Shown: in pieces, positions 32,197 through 43,493 of the stretch
Position numbering within the stretch: position 1 is the stretch's first letter
Layout: every line of letters begins with the position of its first letter
Source of the DNA: an uncultured delta proteobacterium
GTDB lineage: Bacteria; Myxococcota_A; Polyangia; Polyangiales; Polyangiaceae
Direction: 5' to 3'
DNA: 64,000 bases
Assembly (NCBI GenBank): GCA_963782055.1
Contig: CAWAIF010000003.1
Span: 448,001 to 512,000 of the forward strand
Made by a program: the position numbers and the translations under genes
Notes under the pieces: model-generated
The model's database searches: none
What the model was told of the DNA's origin: nothing
The model's input: only the letters and a program-made list of their open reading frames with translations

Positions 32197-32997
32197 ATGT
32201 TCACCAAGTTCGCCTCGGCTTGTCTCGTCGCCATCACCCTCGCCACCGCGTCCCTCACCGCCGCTTGCAGCGCGCCTGTCCAGGACGTCACCGCGGACGG
32301 CGCCGACCAGATCGTCTCCCACAGCGCTCATTTCGAGACCTTCGTTGGCAAGGACGGTGACCACTACTTCTCCCTCGTCGCCGCCAACGGCCAGAACGTC
32401 CTGCGCTCGGAGGGCTACACGAGCACCTCGGGCATGAAGAACGGGATGTCGTCGGTCGTGTCCAACGGCGTCGACATCACCAACTTCGACATTCGCGAGG
32501 CCACCAACGGCGAGTGGTACTTCAACCTGAAGGCGCAGAACCACCGCGTCATCGGCACGAGCGAGACCTACTCCACCAAGTCCAACGCCACCCGCGGCGC
32601 GAAGACGGTCGTCGCCCTCACGCTCCTCCTCGGCGCCACGCCCGAGGTCTCCGACGCCCTCCACCAGGAGCAGTTCGAGGTGTTCCGCGGCGAGGACAGG
32701 AAGTTCTACTTCCACCTCCGCGCCGGCAACGGCGAGATCGTCCTCGCCTCGCAGGGCTACACCACCAAGCAGAGCGCCGAGAACGGCATCAGCTCGGTGG
32801 AGACCAACGGCACGACGGACTCCCGCTACCAGGTGTTCGAGACCGGCGACGGCCAGTACGCCTTCCACCTCAAGGCGGGCAACGGCCGCATCATCGCGCG
32901 CAGCGAGTCGTACGTGTCGGAGTCCAACGCGCAGCGCGGCGTCGGCGACTGCGCCAGCATCCTCGGCGACCGCGGCATCCCCGTCGTCACCAAGTGA
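32197..32997 (+). CDS. Lipoprotein with four tandem YegP/DUF1508 domains
   Basis: Lipobox LTAAC; four F(E/D)....DG.YF.L.A.NG..I..SE.Y...S....G repeats. Confidence 0.85.
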   Translation: MFTKFASACLVAITLATASLTAACSAPVQDVTADGADQIVSHSAHFETFVGKDGDHYFSLVAANGQNVLRSEGYTSTSGMKNGMSSVVSNGVDITNFDIREATNGEWYFNLKAQNHRVIGTSETYSTKSNATRGAKTVVALTLLLGATPEVSDALHQEQFEVFRGEDRKFYFHLRAGNGEIVLASQGYTTKQSAENGISSVETNGTTDSRYQVFETGDGQYAFHLKAGNGRIIARSESYVSESNAQRGVGDCASILGDRGIPVVTK

Positions 32998-33031
32998 CCT
33001 CGCGGGGCTCCCGCCCCGCCCGCGAAACGCC

Positions 33032-33063
33032 CGGCGGCGGTCCCTTGCGAGGGGCTGCCGCCG
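33032..33063 (+). terminator. GC-rich hairpin after the YegP-repeat gene (terminator-like, no clear U-tract)
   Basis: CGGCGGCGGTCCCTT-GC-GAGGGGCTGCCGCCG. Confidence 0.45.
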
Positions 33064-33123
33064 CGGTCATTTGGGGCCAGCGCCGGCGCGCGCCGGGCGG
33101 GCGAATGGAGTACAAGGAGCTTG

Positions 33124-35196
33124 ATGTTCGAGCTCGTGGGCACCTTCGCGCGGCCGCAGGTCTCCGCCTGGCCCTGGCTCCTGCCCGCGCTGCCCCTGCT
33201 CTTCGCACTGCTCGTGTGGCGCGCGCGCGTCGTGCCCTCCCGGCGGCTGTCCATCGCGGGGGCGCTGGCGCCCGTCGCCGCGGCCCTCGCGCTCGCGGGG
33301 CGGCTCGCCGCGTTCCCCGCCGACCGTCGCGTGCTCGTCCACCACCTCTGGCTCGCCGCGCGCGTGTCCATGCTCGACGTGTCCGTCGACGCGCGCCTGG
33401 ACCCGGCGGGCGTGGTGCTGGCCGCGGGCGCCGGCCTGGCGTGCGCGGCGTGGCTCCTGCGCGAGAGGGGCCAGGCCCGCCGCCGCCGTGCGCTGCTCGG
33501 CCTCGGGCTCCTGGGCTGCGCGGAGCTCGCCATCGTCGCCGACGGCTTCCCCCTGCTGGTGCTCGCGTGGGCCGGCGCCGCCGCGCTCGCGCTCACGCTG
33601 GGTCGGGCCCAGGCGCCCGCCTTCGTGGCCGATCGCGTCGCCGACGCGGCGCTGCTCTTCGGCGCCATCGCGCTCTTCTGGGTGCTGGGTGGCACCTTCA
33701 CCGCGCAGGGTTACGCGCCGGACCTGGACCCCCGCGTCGTGGCGGCGCGCGCCACGCCCACGCCGCCGCCCACCTTCTTCGATGATGACGACGACGACGA
33801 TCGCGAGGCGCTCCCGCCGCCGGTGACCGGCAACGCGCCGGCCACGCTGACGTTCGTCACCCTCCCCGGCGCCGACGTGGACATCGACGACGCGCGCGTC
33901 CCGCTGCGCGCGCCCTTCGCCGAGCACGCGCTCGCCGGCGGCCTCCACCGCGTACGCGTGCACCCGGGGCACGGCTCGGACGACTTCGTGCTCGACCGCT
34001 TCTACGTCGACGCCGGGGAGCACGCCGCGCTGACCATCCTCGGCTCCACGATGAGCTTCACCGCGCTCGACGCCCAGCTCGCGGCGCACGATCCCTCGGG
34101 CGAGGCGTTCGTCCGGCAGCGCCTCGCTGCCCGCACCCTGTTCGGCCTTCCGGCGGCGTGGCTCGCCGCGGCGATGGTGATCGTGGCCTTCGGCGCGCGC
34201 TCTCTGCGCGAGCGGCGGCCGGCGGTCGCCGGGCTCGCCGGGCTGGCGGCCGTCGCGGTGGTGCTGCGCGCGGCGCCGCTGTTCGCGATCACGCCGGGCT
34301 GGACGCCCGGCTTCGCCGCCGCCTTCGCGGTCCTCTCGGCGGGCGTGGCGACCTACGCGCTCCGGTTCGGCGGGGCCGGGCGCTGGGTCTCGGCGGAGAT
34401 GGCGTTCGCCGCCTTCGCGGTGGCGGTGGGCGCGCCCGCGGCCGGCGTGCTGCACGCTTCGCTCGTGGGGCTCGCGTCGACACGGCCCGCGCGCGTGCCG
34501 CTCGCCGTCTCGGTGGCGCTGTTCGGGACGCGCCTCGCCGCGCTGGAGGCGGCGTACACCCAGCGTGCCGGCGTGCTGCTGCTGGTGCTCGGCGCCGTCG
34601 CGCTGCTCGCGTGCACCGCCGCCGTGCATCGCGGCGCCTCGCGCTCGGCCCGCGTGCCTGCCGCGTGGGCCGTCGCCGTGCTGGGCCTCGGCCTGGGCCT
34701 GGGGCCCCACCTGATCGCCGGAGACGTGCCGTCCCTCATCCAGGCGTGGGTGCTGCCCACGCGCGGCGCCGCGCCGCTCGCCACCGCGCCGGCCGTCTTC
34801 GCGCGCGCCGCGATCGCCCTGCTCGTCGCCGGTCTCACCGCCCTGGCGGTGCGAGACGCCTCGCGCGCGGCGCGCAGCGGCGCCGTGACGGCGATGGCGT
34901 CGGCGGTGCGCGGCGCGCGCGTGTCGGTCCTCGCCGCCGGCGCGGCGGTGCGCTCGCTGGCCGGCGTCGCCGCCGAGCTGGACGAGCGCGTCGTCTCCGG
35001 TGCCGCCGGCGCCGCCGGGCTGCTCGGTCGGGCCGCCGGCTTCGCGCAGGCGTACGTCGACGAGACGCTCTTCGAGGCGCCGACCGAGCGCGTCGCGCGC
35101 GCCGCCGGCGTCGCCGTGGGGCGGGCCATGACGATGGTCCTCGCCGCTCTCTTCCTGCTCATGGCGTTCGCCGCCCTCGCCCCCCTCCTCGCATGA
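33124..35196 (+). CDS. Degenerate NuoL/MrpA-like membrane protein with an inserted PEGA-like domain
   Basis: NuoL-like W.....LDV...RLDP, IVADGFPLLVLAW, AFVADRVAD and late LDERVVSG; insertion with poly-Asp and TLPGADVDID...GLHRVRV. Confidence 0.68.
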   Translation: MFELVGTFARPQVSAWPWLLPALPLLFALLVWRARVVPSRRLSIAGALAPVAAALALAGRLAAFPADRRVLVHHLWLAARVSMLDVSVDARLDPAGVVLAAGAGLACAAWLLRERGQARRRRALLGLGLLGCAELAIVADGFPLLVLAWAGAAALALTLGRAQAPAFVADRVADAALLFGAIALFWVLGGTFTAQGYAPDLDPRVVAARATPTPPPTFFDDDDDDDREALPPPVTGNAPATLTFVTLPGADVDIDDARVPLRAPFAEHALAGGLHRVRVHPGHGSDDFVLDRFYVDAGEHAALTILGSTMSFTALDAQLAAHDPSGEAFVRQRLAARTLFGLPAAWLAAAMVIVAFGARSLRERRPAVAGLAGLAAVAVVLRAAPLFAITPGWTPGFAAAFAVLSAGVATYALRFGGAGRWVSAEMAFAAFAVAVGAPAAGVLHASLVGLASTRPARVPLAVSVALFGTRLAALEAAYTQRAGVLLLVLGAVALLACTAAVHRGASRSARVPAAWAVAVLGLGLGLGPHLIAGDVPSLIQAWVLPTRGAAPLATAPAVFARAAIALLVAGLTALAVRDASRAARSGAVTAMASAVRGARVSVLAAGAAVRSLAGVAAELDERVVSGAAGAAGLLGRAAGFAQAYVDETLFEAPTERVARAAGVAVGRAMTMVLAALFLLMAFAALAPLLA

Positions 35197-37329
35197 CGCC
35201 CCTCCTCCGCCGACTGATGCTCGCGTTGCTGGCGCTCGTCGTCGGGGTGACGTGGGCGCCCGCGCGGGCCTGGGCGGGCGGCCGCATCCAGCTCGTCCCC
35301 GTCGGGCAGGCGCGCGGCCCGCTGGAGCTCACGCCGCACGCCGGCTCGCTGGCCGGCGACTTCCGCATCCGCAACGACGACGACGCGCCGCTCGTGGTCT
35401 CGCGCGTGGCGGTGCGCAGCGACGCCGAGGACGTGCGCGTGCCGTCGCGCGTGCTGGTGCACCTCGCCGGGGGAGGCGCCAGCGCCACGGTCCCCCCGCG
35501 CGGCGCGCTGGACGTGCACGTCACGTGGGCGCCGGCGCGCGGCAGGCCGGTGCGCAGCTTCTACGGAGAGGTGGTGGTCACCTCCAGCGACGAGCGCGCG
35601 GGGGAGGTGGCGATGGGCATCCACGGGCGGCTCCCCGGCCGGCTCGGCCGCCTCGGCGATCACCTCCTCTCGGTGATGCTCGCGCTCCCCGTCGGCGGGG
35701 CGCTGCTCCTGGCCATCGGCCTGCTCGCCGGCCTCGCCGGAGAGCGGGGGCGCTTCGCGCGGGCGGTGGCGCTCTCGGTGAGCCTGGCGGAGGCCGCGCT
35801 CGCGTGCGCCGCCTACGCCCTGTTCCACCCGGACCTGCTGCGCGCCGCCGGGACGGAGGGGCTGCAGCTCGTCGAGCACGGCGCGTGGATCCGCCCCCTC
35901 GGCGCGGAGTACTTCGTCGGCGTCGACGGCGGATTGCTGCTCGGCGTGGTGCTCCTCTGCGCGGTGGCGCCGTGCGCGGTCGTCGCCGCGTGGCGGGAGC
36001 AGCGGCAGCCCGCGGGCTTCTTCGCGCTCCTGCTCCTGGCGCTCGCCGCGCTGCTCGGCGCCACGGTCGCGCAGGACGCGCTCTTCTGGCTCACGTGCGT
36101 GGCGTCGGCGGTGCTCGCGCTGGTGCTGCTCGTCGGCGGGTGGGGCTCGGGGGACGCGCGGACCGCGGCGGGGCGGCTCCTGGTGTTCGGCGGGATCGCC
36201 GTGGTGTGCCTGACGGCGGGCGTCGCCCTGCTCCACGCCTTCTCCGACCGCACCTTCCTCGTCGACGGCACCACCGTCAGCCACACCTGGTCGATGCCCG
36301 ATTCTGATGCGCGTCGACTACGCGCGCAAGCCCGGTCACGTGCTGGGCGCGCCGGTGGTGAAGGTCGCCTTCGTGCTGACGTTCCTGGGTGGCTGGGTCC
36401 TGGGGGGCGGGTTCCCGGGGCATGCCTGGTTGCCGCGGACGCTGGCGTGCGCGCCGCCCGCCGCCGCGGCGCTGGTCGTCGCCGGCCTCCTGCGCGTCGC
36501 CGCGCTGGGGATGCTCCGCCTCGACCTGGACGTGCTGCCCAACGCGCTGCGCTGGGCGGCCCCGGCGCTGCTCGGCCTGGGCGCGGCGTCCGCCGCCTAC
36601 GCGTCACTCGCCGCGCTCGGGCAGAGGTCGCTCGTGCGGGTCGTGGCGTTCGCGCTGATCGCGCAGCAGGGCGTCGCGCTCATGGCGTTCGCCTCGCGTA
36701 CGCCGGAGGGGCTCGCCGGCTTCTACGGTCTGCTCTTCGGTGGGGGCGCCGCCGCGGCCGCGGCGGTCCTCGCGCTCGGCATGCTGGAGGCGCGCATCGG
36801 CGCGGTGGAGACCCGGGGGATCGCCGGGCTGGCACGCGACGCCGCGCTGCTCGCGGTCTTCGTAGGCGCCGCGCTCCTCGCGGTGGCGCAGGTCCCCGGT
36901 ACGACGGCCTTCTGGGGGCCGCTCCTCGCCGCGACAGGCGCCGCGCCGCGCGCGCCGGCGCTGACCCTCGTCGCCGGGGCCGCGTGGGTCCTCACCGCGT
37001 GCGCGCTGGTGCTCCCGCTGCTGCGCGTGCTGCGCGGCACCGTCCCCGCGGCGCTGCGCGAGAGCGCGCTGCTCGAGCCCTTCGGCGGCCTGGTGCCCGA
37101 GCTCTCCTCGCGGGAGGCCCTCGCCCTGGCGCCGCTGCTGCTGCTGGCGGTGGGGCTCGGCCTCTACCCGGCGCCGATGTTCGATGTCGCGGCGGGCGCG
37201 GTGCGCGATCACGTCGACCTGGTCGACACCGTGGGACCGGACCAGATCGCGCTGTCCTCCCACGCGCCCTTCGGCCCGCTGGCCGGTATGGGGCCGGTCA
37301 GCCCTTCAGAGCTTCCGCGCCGCCGATGA
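35193..37329 (+). CDS. Degenerate NuoM/MrpD-like membrane protein with an N-terminal signal peptide and Ig-like domain; +1 frameshift at ~36302
   Basis: NuoM-like QLVEHGAWIRPLGAEYFVGVDG, FPGHAWLP..LACAP, AQVPGTTAFWG and E.LALAPLLLLAVGLGLYP. Deleting one T at 36302-36303 gives TWSMPDLMRVDY. Confidence 0.7.
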
Positions 37330-38209
37330 TCTCCATCAGCTCCTTGGTGATCGCCGCCTGACGCGCGCGGTTGTACTGGAGCGTCAGCCTGGCGATCATG
37401 TCCTTGGCGTTGCGCGTGGCGGCGTCCATCGCCGTCATCTGCGCGCCGAGGAAGCCGGCCTGACTCTCGAGCAGCGCGCGGTAGACGCTCATCTCCAGGT
37501 ACATGGGCAGCAAGCGGTCGAGCACCTTGCTCTTGTCCGGCTCGAAGATCAGCCCCTCCACCAGGGCGTCCTTCGGCTCGGCCGAAGAATCGGCGGCGAG
37601 GGGCAGGAGCTCGTCGTCGGTGGGCCGCTGCGTGATCGCGCTGCGGAACTCGCTGAAGATGAGGTGGATGGAGTCGAACTCGCCGGCGCGGTAGCGGTCG
37701 GTCAGCCAGATGGCCACCGTCCGCGCGAAGTCGGTCGAGATGTCCTCGTTGCCGCGCGCGAAGTGATGCACCACCGTCCCCTTGCGACGGGTGAGGTAGT
37801 CGCGTCCCTTGCGGCCGATGGTGGCGAAGAAGACGCTGCGCCCCTCCTCCTCCTTCTTCTTCCACGCCGCCTCGGCCATCTTGCCGATGTTGGTGTTGAA
37901 GGCGCCGCAGAGGCCGCGGTCGCTGGTCACCACCAGCAGCAGCACGCTCTTCTCCGGGCGGCGCACCAGCAGCGGGTGGATGTCCTGGGCCTCCTCCGCG
38001 CCGCTCTCCTCGCTCGTCGTCTCCTCGGTGATGGCCCAGGACACCGCGTGGACGGCCTCCCGCGTCTTCACCGCGTAGGGACGGAGCGCCGTGATGCGCT
38101 GCTGCGCGCGGTTGAGGCGCGCGCCAGCGACCATCTTCATGGCGCGGGTGATCTTCTGCGTCGACTTGACGCTGGCGATCCGCTTGCGAATGGTCTTGAG
38201 AGAAGGCAT
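37298..38209 (-). CDS. atpG: F1 ATP synthase gamma subunit
   Basis: SVKSTQKITRAMKMVA, TSDRGLCGAFN and YNRARQAAITKELMEIIGGAEAL motifs. Confidence 0.98.
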   Translation of the reverse strand: MPSLKTIRKRIASVKSTQKITRAMKMVAGARLNRAQQRITALRPYAVKTREAVHAVSWAITEETTSEESGAEEAQDIHPLLVRRPEKSVLLLVVTSDRGLCGAFNTNIGKMAEAAWKKKEEEGRSVFFATIGRKGRDYLTRRKGTVVHHFARGNEDISTDFARTVAIWLTDRYRAGEFDSIHLIFSEFRSAITQRPTDDELLPLAADSSAEPKDALVEGLIFEPDKSKVLDRLLPMYLEMSVYRALLESQAGFLGAQMTAMDAATRNAKDMIARLTLQYNRARQAAITKELMEIIGGAEALKG

Positions 38210-38229
38210 CGGGGCTCCGGATCAGGCGG

Positions 38230-40113
<1,884 letters not shown>

Positions 40114-40165
40114 GGTCGGTTTCTCGGCTATGCGGGGTGGTGCGAGGGGTGGAGAGTGGCTTGGC

Positions 40166-40708
40166 CTAGTTGGGGAGCAGCGCGTTGCGCAGGCTCTCGA
40201 GACGGGTGCGGAGGGAGCCGTCGAGGACCATGTCCCCGAGGCGCGTCACGACGCCGCCGAGCAGCGCGGGGTCCTGCTTGCGGTCGAGCACGACGCGCTT
40301 GCCGGTCATCTTCTCGAGCTGCTCCTTGAGGCGCGAGTAGAAGGCCTCGCTGAGCGGGGCGGCGGTGGTGACCTCGGCGCGGACCAGGCCCTTGCGCTGG
40401 TCGTTCATCTCCCGGAGCATCTGGGCGATCTCCGGCAGGAGCTTGAGGCGGTTGCGGTCGCCCAGGAGCATCACGGTGTGCTTGGCGGTGGGGCCGACGC
40501 CCAGCTTGTCGGAGAGCTCGGCGAGGATGGCGCGCCGGGCGGGGTGCGGGACGACGGGGTTGTCCAGCGCGGCGCGGAGCTCCTCGCTCGCCTCGTAGGC
40601 GTTCGCCGTGGCCTCCATCTCCCCGGTGAGGGCGTCCAGGTTGCCGCCTTCGGTGCCCAGCTCCAGCAGTGCGCTGGCGTAGCGGCGCGAGACGTGGGCG
40701 GCGATCAC
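40166..40708 (-). CDS. atpH: ATP synthase delta subunit
   Basis: [15 protein letters not shown] and [25 protein letters not shown] motifs. Confidence 0.95.
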   Translation of the reverse strand: MIAAHVSRRYASALLELGTEGGNLDALTGEMEATANAYEASEELRAALDNPVVPHPARRAILAELSDKLGVGPTAKHTVMLLGDRNRLKLLPEIAQMLREMNDQRKGLVRAEVTTAAPLSEAFYSRLKEQLEKMTGKRVVLDRKQDPALLGGVVTRLGDMVLDGSLRTRLESLRNALLPN

Positions 40709-41415
40709 GAGGCACCTCCGGCGGCGCCCGGGCGCTCGCGCGCGAGCTGGTCGAGGAACTCCTGCGCCAGGCGCTCGTGGTCCGCCGGGGTCAGCCCCTT
40801 CTTGATCATGCCCTCGGCCGCTGCGACGGCGGACTCCACCGCCTCGCGGGTGAGGTCGATCTTGAGCTGCTTGCCCTCCTGCTCCAGCATGAAGTCGGCG
40901 TCGCGGCGCATGCGCGCGGCCTTCTCCTGTGCCTCGCGGACGATCTTGTCGCGATCGCCCTCGCCGGCGGCGACGAGGGCCTTGCGGCCCTGCTCGGCGT
41001 CCGTCTGGACGTCCTCCAGCTTGGCCTGGTAGCGCTCGGCGCGGCCCTCCGCCTCCGCGAGCATGCGCGCTGCGCCCTCGATGTCCTTGGCGATGCCGTC
41101 CTTGCGGTTCTTCAGCCCCTGGACCACCGCCTTCTTGCCGAAGCGGTAGTAGAGGTAAAAGAGGATCACCGTGTCGAGGACGAGCGCGCCGTAGGGCGGC
41201 TGCTTCCGGTTGCCCAGGTCGATCCAGTTGATGGGGCCGGGTGGGCCACTCTCCTCGGCCTCTTCGCCCTTCTTCTCCACGGGCGCGGCGGTGCTCTCCT
41301 GCCCCTGCTCGATGGTCGGCTCGGGCTGGAGGCTCGCGGCGAGCGCGGTGGTGCTGGCGAAGAGGAGCGAGAGGAGGAGGGCGACGGCGGCCCCCGCGGT
41401 CAGGCGGCGCATCAT
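40705..41415 (-). CDS. atpF: ATP synthase b subunit with an N-terminal signal-like extension
   Basis: TM ALVLDTVILFYLYYRFG followed by LKNRKDGIAKDI coiled coil; lies before atpH. Confidence 0.85.
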   Translation of the reverse strand: MMRRLTAGAAVALLLSLLFASTTALAASLQPEPTIEQGQESTAAPVEKKGEEAEESGPPGPINWIDLGNRKQPPYGALVLDTVILFYLYYRFGKKAVVQGLKNRKDGIAKDIEGAARMLAEAEGRAERYQAKLEDVQTDAEQGRKALVAAGEGDRDKIVREAQEKAARMRRDADFMLEQEGKQLKIDLTREAVESAVAAAEGMIKKGLTPADHERLAQEFLDQLARERPGAAGGAS

Positions 41416-41921
41416 CCGGACACCTCCCGCCCGAGCACGCGCGTGGCCAGGTCCTTGGCGAGGCGCTCCTGGTCCTTGCGCAGCTCCCCGCGCAGGGCGG
41501 TGGCCTCCTCGGCGGCCTTGCGGCGCGCCGCGTCCATCTTCGCCTGCGTCTCCTCGCGGACCTTGCCGAGCAGCTCGCTCTCCTTCTTCAGACCCTCGCC
41601 CTTGAGGCGCTCGCGCTCGGCGTTGCCGGCGGCGCGCGCCTTGTCCATGGCCGACTCGTACTTCGTCTTGGCCTCGATCGACTCCATGTCGATGTCGCGC
41701 GCCTGCTTGATGGCGCCCTCGATGCGGCGCTCGCGCTCCTCGAAGAGCTTGAGCATCGGGTCGAAGAGCAGCGGCTTGAGCACCACCCAGAGGAAAAGGA
41801 AGATGGCGATCTGGACCACGATGGTCCAGTCGAAGTCGACTGTGACGCCCCCCGCGGCGGCGCCGTGGGTGACCGTCTTTGCGAGGGCGTCGGCTCCCAG
41901 GCCGATGCTGACGAGAGACAT
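41412..41921 (-). CDS. ATP synthase b' subunit
   Basis: DWTIVVQIAIFLFLWVVLKPLLFDPMLKLFEERERRI then coiled coil; SD CGAGGA before ATG 41921. Confidence 0.88.
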   Translation of the reverse strand: MSLVSIGLGADALAKTVTHGAAAGGVTVDFDWTIVVQIAIFLFLWVVLKPLLFDPMLKLFEERERRIEGAIKQARDIDMESIEAKTKYESAMDKARAAGNAERERLKGEGLKKESELLGKVREETQAKMDAARRKAAEEATALRGELRKDQERLAKDLATRVLGREVSG

Positions 41922-42106
41922 GGATCCTCGAGAGGACACGGAAGAGGTGAAACGCGGCCATCGCCGGGGAAACCCGCGGCTTTTCGCCGGCAGGCCAGTA
42001 CCATCATGCGGCCGGCATGTCTACGGCTGCTCGCACGTTCAACGTCCGTCGTCGGGGTGGAGCGCGGGCTGGTGTAGGGCCCCTGGCGGCTCGCGTCCAG
42101 CGCGGA

Positions 42107-42907
42107 CTAGCGGCCGCGGGCGAGGCGGCGCAGGCTCAGGTTGGCGCTGCGGACCCGGACGGGGATGGACTTGATGCCGGTGTCCGGGTTGCTCGTCCCG
42201 AAGGTCGAGGGGATGCCGTTGGTCCGCACGGTGCTGTCCGACAGGCGCGGACCGAGCGGACGAGGGGCGGGGGCGGCGGCGCGCACCTCACCGGACGGCG
42301 GCACCGAGCGGCGCGGAGGGGGGACCAGGCTGATGGCGTGGGCTCTCGGCGGCGGGGGCGGAAGGGTGGCGACCGACTGGCCGGGGACGGCGGGCGGGGG
42401 CGGCAGCGGCCGGCGGATGGGCTCCCCACCCGGTGGGCTGGAGCGAGTGCGCACCAGGGCAGAGCCCAGCGGGCGGCTGGAGATGGGGCGCGCGAGGGCG
42501 GAGCTGGGCAGGGGGCGGAGCAGCGGCATGGGCGCGGCGGAGGGAGGCGCGCTCGGGCGGACCGGGACGGCGACCACCGGCGTGGCGTCCTCGTTCGCCG
42601 GCGGGGGCGAGGAGATGGTCGTCCCGTTGCGCTTGTCCTCGAAGCGGAGCACCGGCTGGGTGCGAACCAGGCGGATCTTGCCGTCCTCGTCGGTGTGGGC
42701 GAAGAGCATCGGGCAGCCGGCCCGGGGCATGTCCACCAGCCCGCCGGAGGAGGCGAGATCGAGCGTGGCGACGTACTGGGCGCCGACGATGCGCTCGGGC
42801 ACCTGCGCGTGGGTGCGGCCGGGCGGCGCGACTGCCCACCGGCAGATGCCCTGCCCGTCGAGCATGAAGACACCCGATTCGGTGTGCGCGGCGTACACGA
42901 TCTCCAT
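42107..42907 (-). CDS. Hypothetical protein (globular N-domain plus Pro-rich tail)
   Basis: MEIVYAAHTESGVFMLDGQGICRW...GAQYVATLD; typical codon bias. Confidence 0.6.
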   Translation of the reverse strand: MEIVYAAHTESGVFMLDGQGICRWAVAPPGRTHAQVPERIVGAQYVATLDLASSGGLVDMPRAGCPMLFAHTDEDGKIRLVRTQPVLRFEDKRNGTTISSPPPANEDATPVVAVPVRPSAPPSAAPMPLLRPLPSSALARPISSRPLGSALVRTRSSPPGGEPIRRPLPPPPAVPGQSVATLPPPPPRAHAISLVPPPRRSVPPSGEVRAAAPAPRPLGPRLSDSTVRTNGIPSTFGTSNPDTGIKSIPVRVRSANLSLRRLARGR

Positions 42908-42959
42908 CACGCGCGTATGAATGCAAAGGTCGGGCTCGGCCGGTCGGGGTGTCTCCCTT

Positions 42960-43286
42960 TCACGACGAGCGGCTTTTTCTGGGTTTTCGACCCCCACCAG
43001 AGCGCGGCGAATGGACCTTCGGCGATCCACCCCGGGGAGGAGACGGTCCATCGGCACGGGAGGGGCGCGCGTTGCGGTACGGCTGCTGGGCGGCGCTGCG
43101 GCTCACGCAGAGGCGCGGGCCGTCCGGGCCGAGCTCCGGGTGGACGCTGGCGTACCCCTCGGCCGTCGCGAAGCCCGCGAGGTCGCCGCGGTGGGCCTCC
43201 ATGTGCTCGCTGAAGCGCTTCCAGAACGCCTGGGCCTCCGGCTCGGGCATGGGCACTCCGTCGACGAGGACCTCCAGGGCGGGCAC
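42960..43286 (-). CDS. Small hypothetical protein
   Basis: VLVDGVPMPEPEAQAFWKRFSEHMEAHRGDLAGFA; GTG 43286 lies 7 nt after TATGCT (alternative ATG at 43298). Confidence 0.6.
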   Translation of the reverse strand: MPALEVLVDGVPMPEPEAQAFWKRFSEHMEAHRGDLAGFATAEGYASVHPELGPDGPRLCVSRSAAQQPYRNARPSRADGPSPPRGGSPKVHSPRSGGGRKPRKSRSS

Positions 43287-43493
43287 GGCCTCGAGCATAG
43301 CACCCGCCCGGCAGGGCCCGCCCCCGCAGAAACCCGCCGGAACGCTCGATTGTCAGCCTGCTAGCGGTCCGACGGGTGGCCGCGTCCCGCCCGCCCCCCT
43401 GTCCCGGCCACCCCCCGGCCACCCCGTCCCACCTACCTTTCGGGGCGAGATCATCAGCAAGCACTCGAAAGGGCCTCGAACGGCCCTCCGCCC

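Noticed and set aside
28974..37329. A functional nuo or mrp operon
   Set aside because: The other subunits are absent, the genes are interspersed with unrelated ones, and key charged residues appear to be missing, so no nuo gene symbols were assigned.
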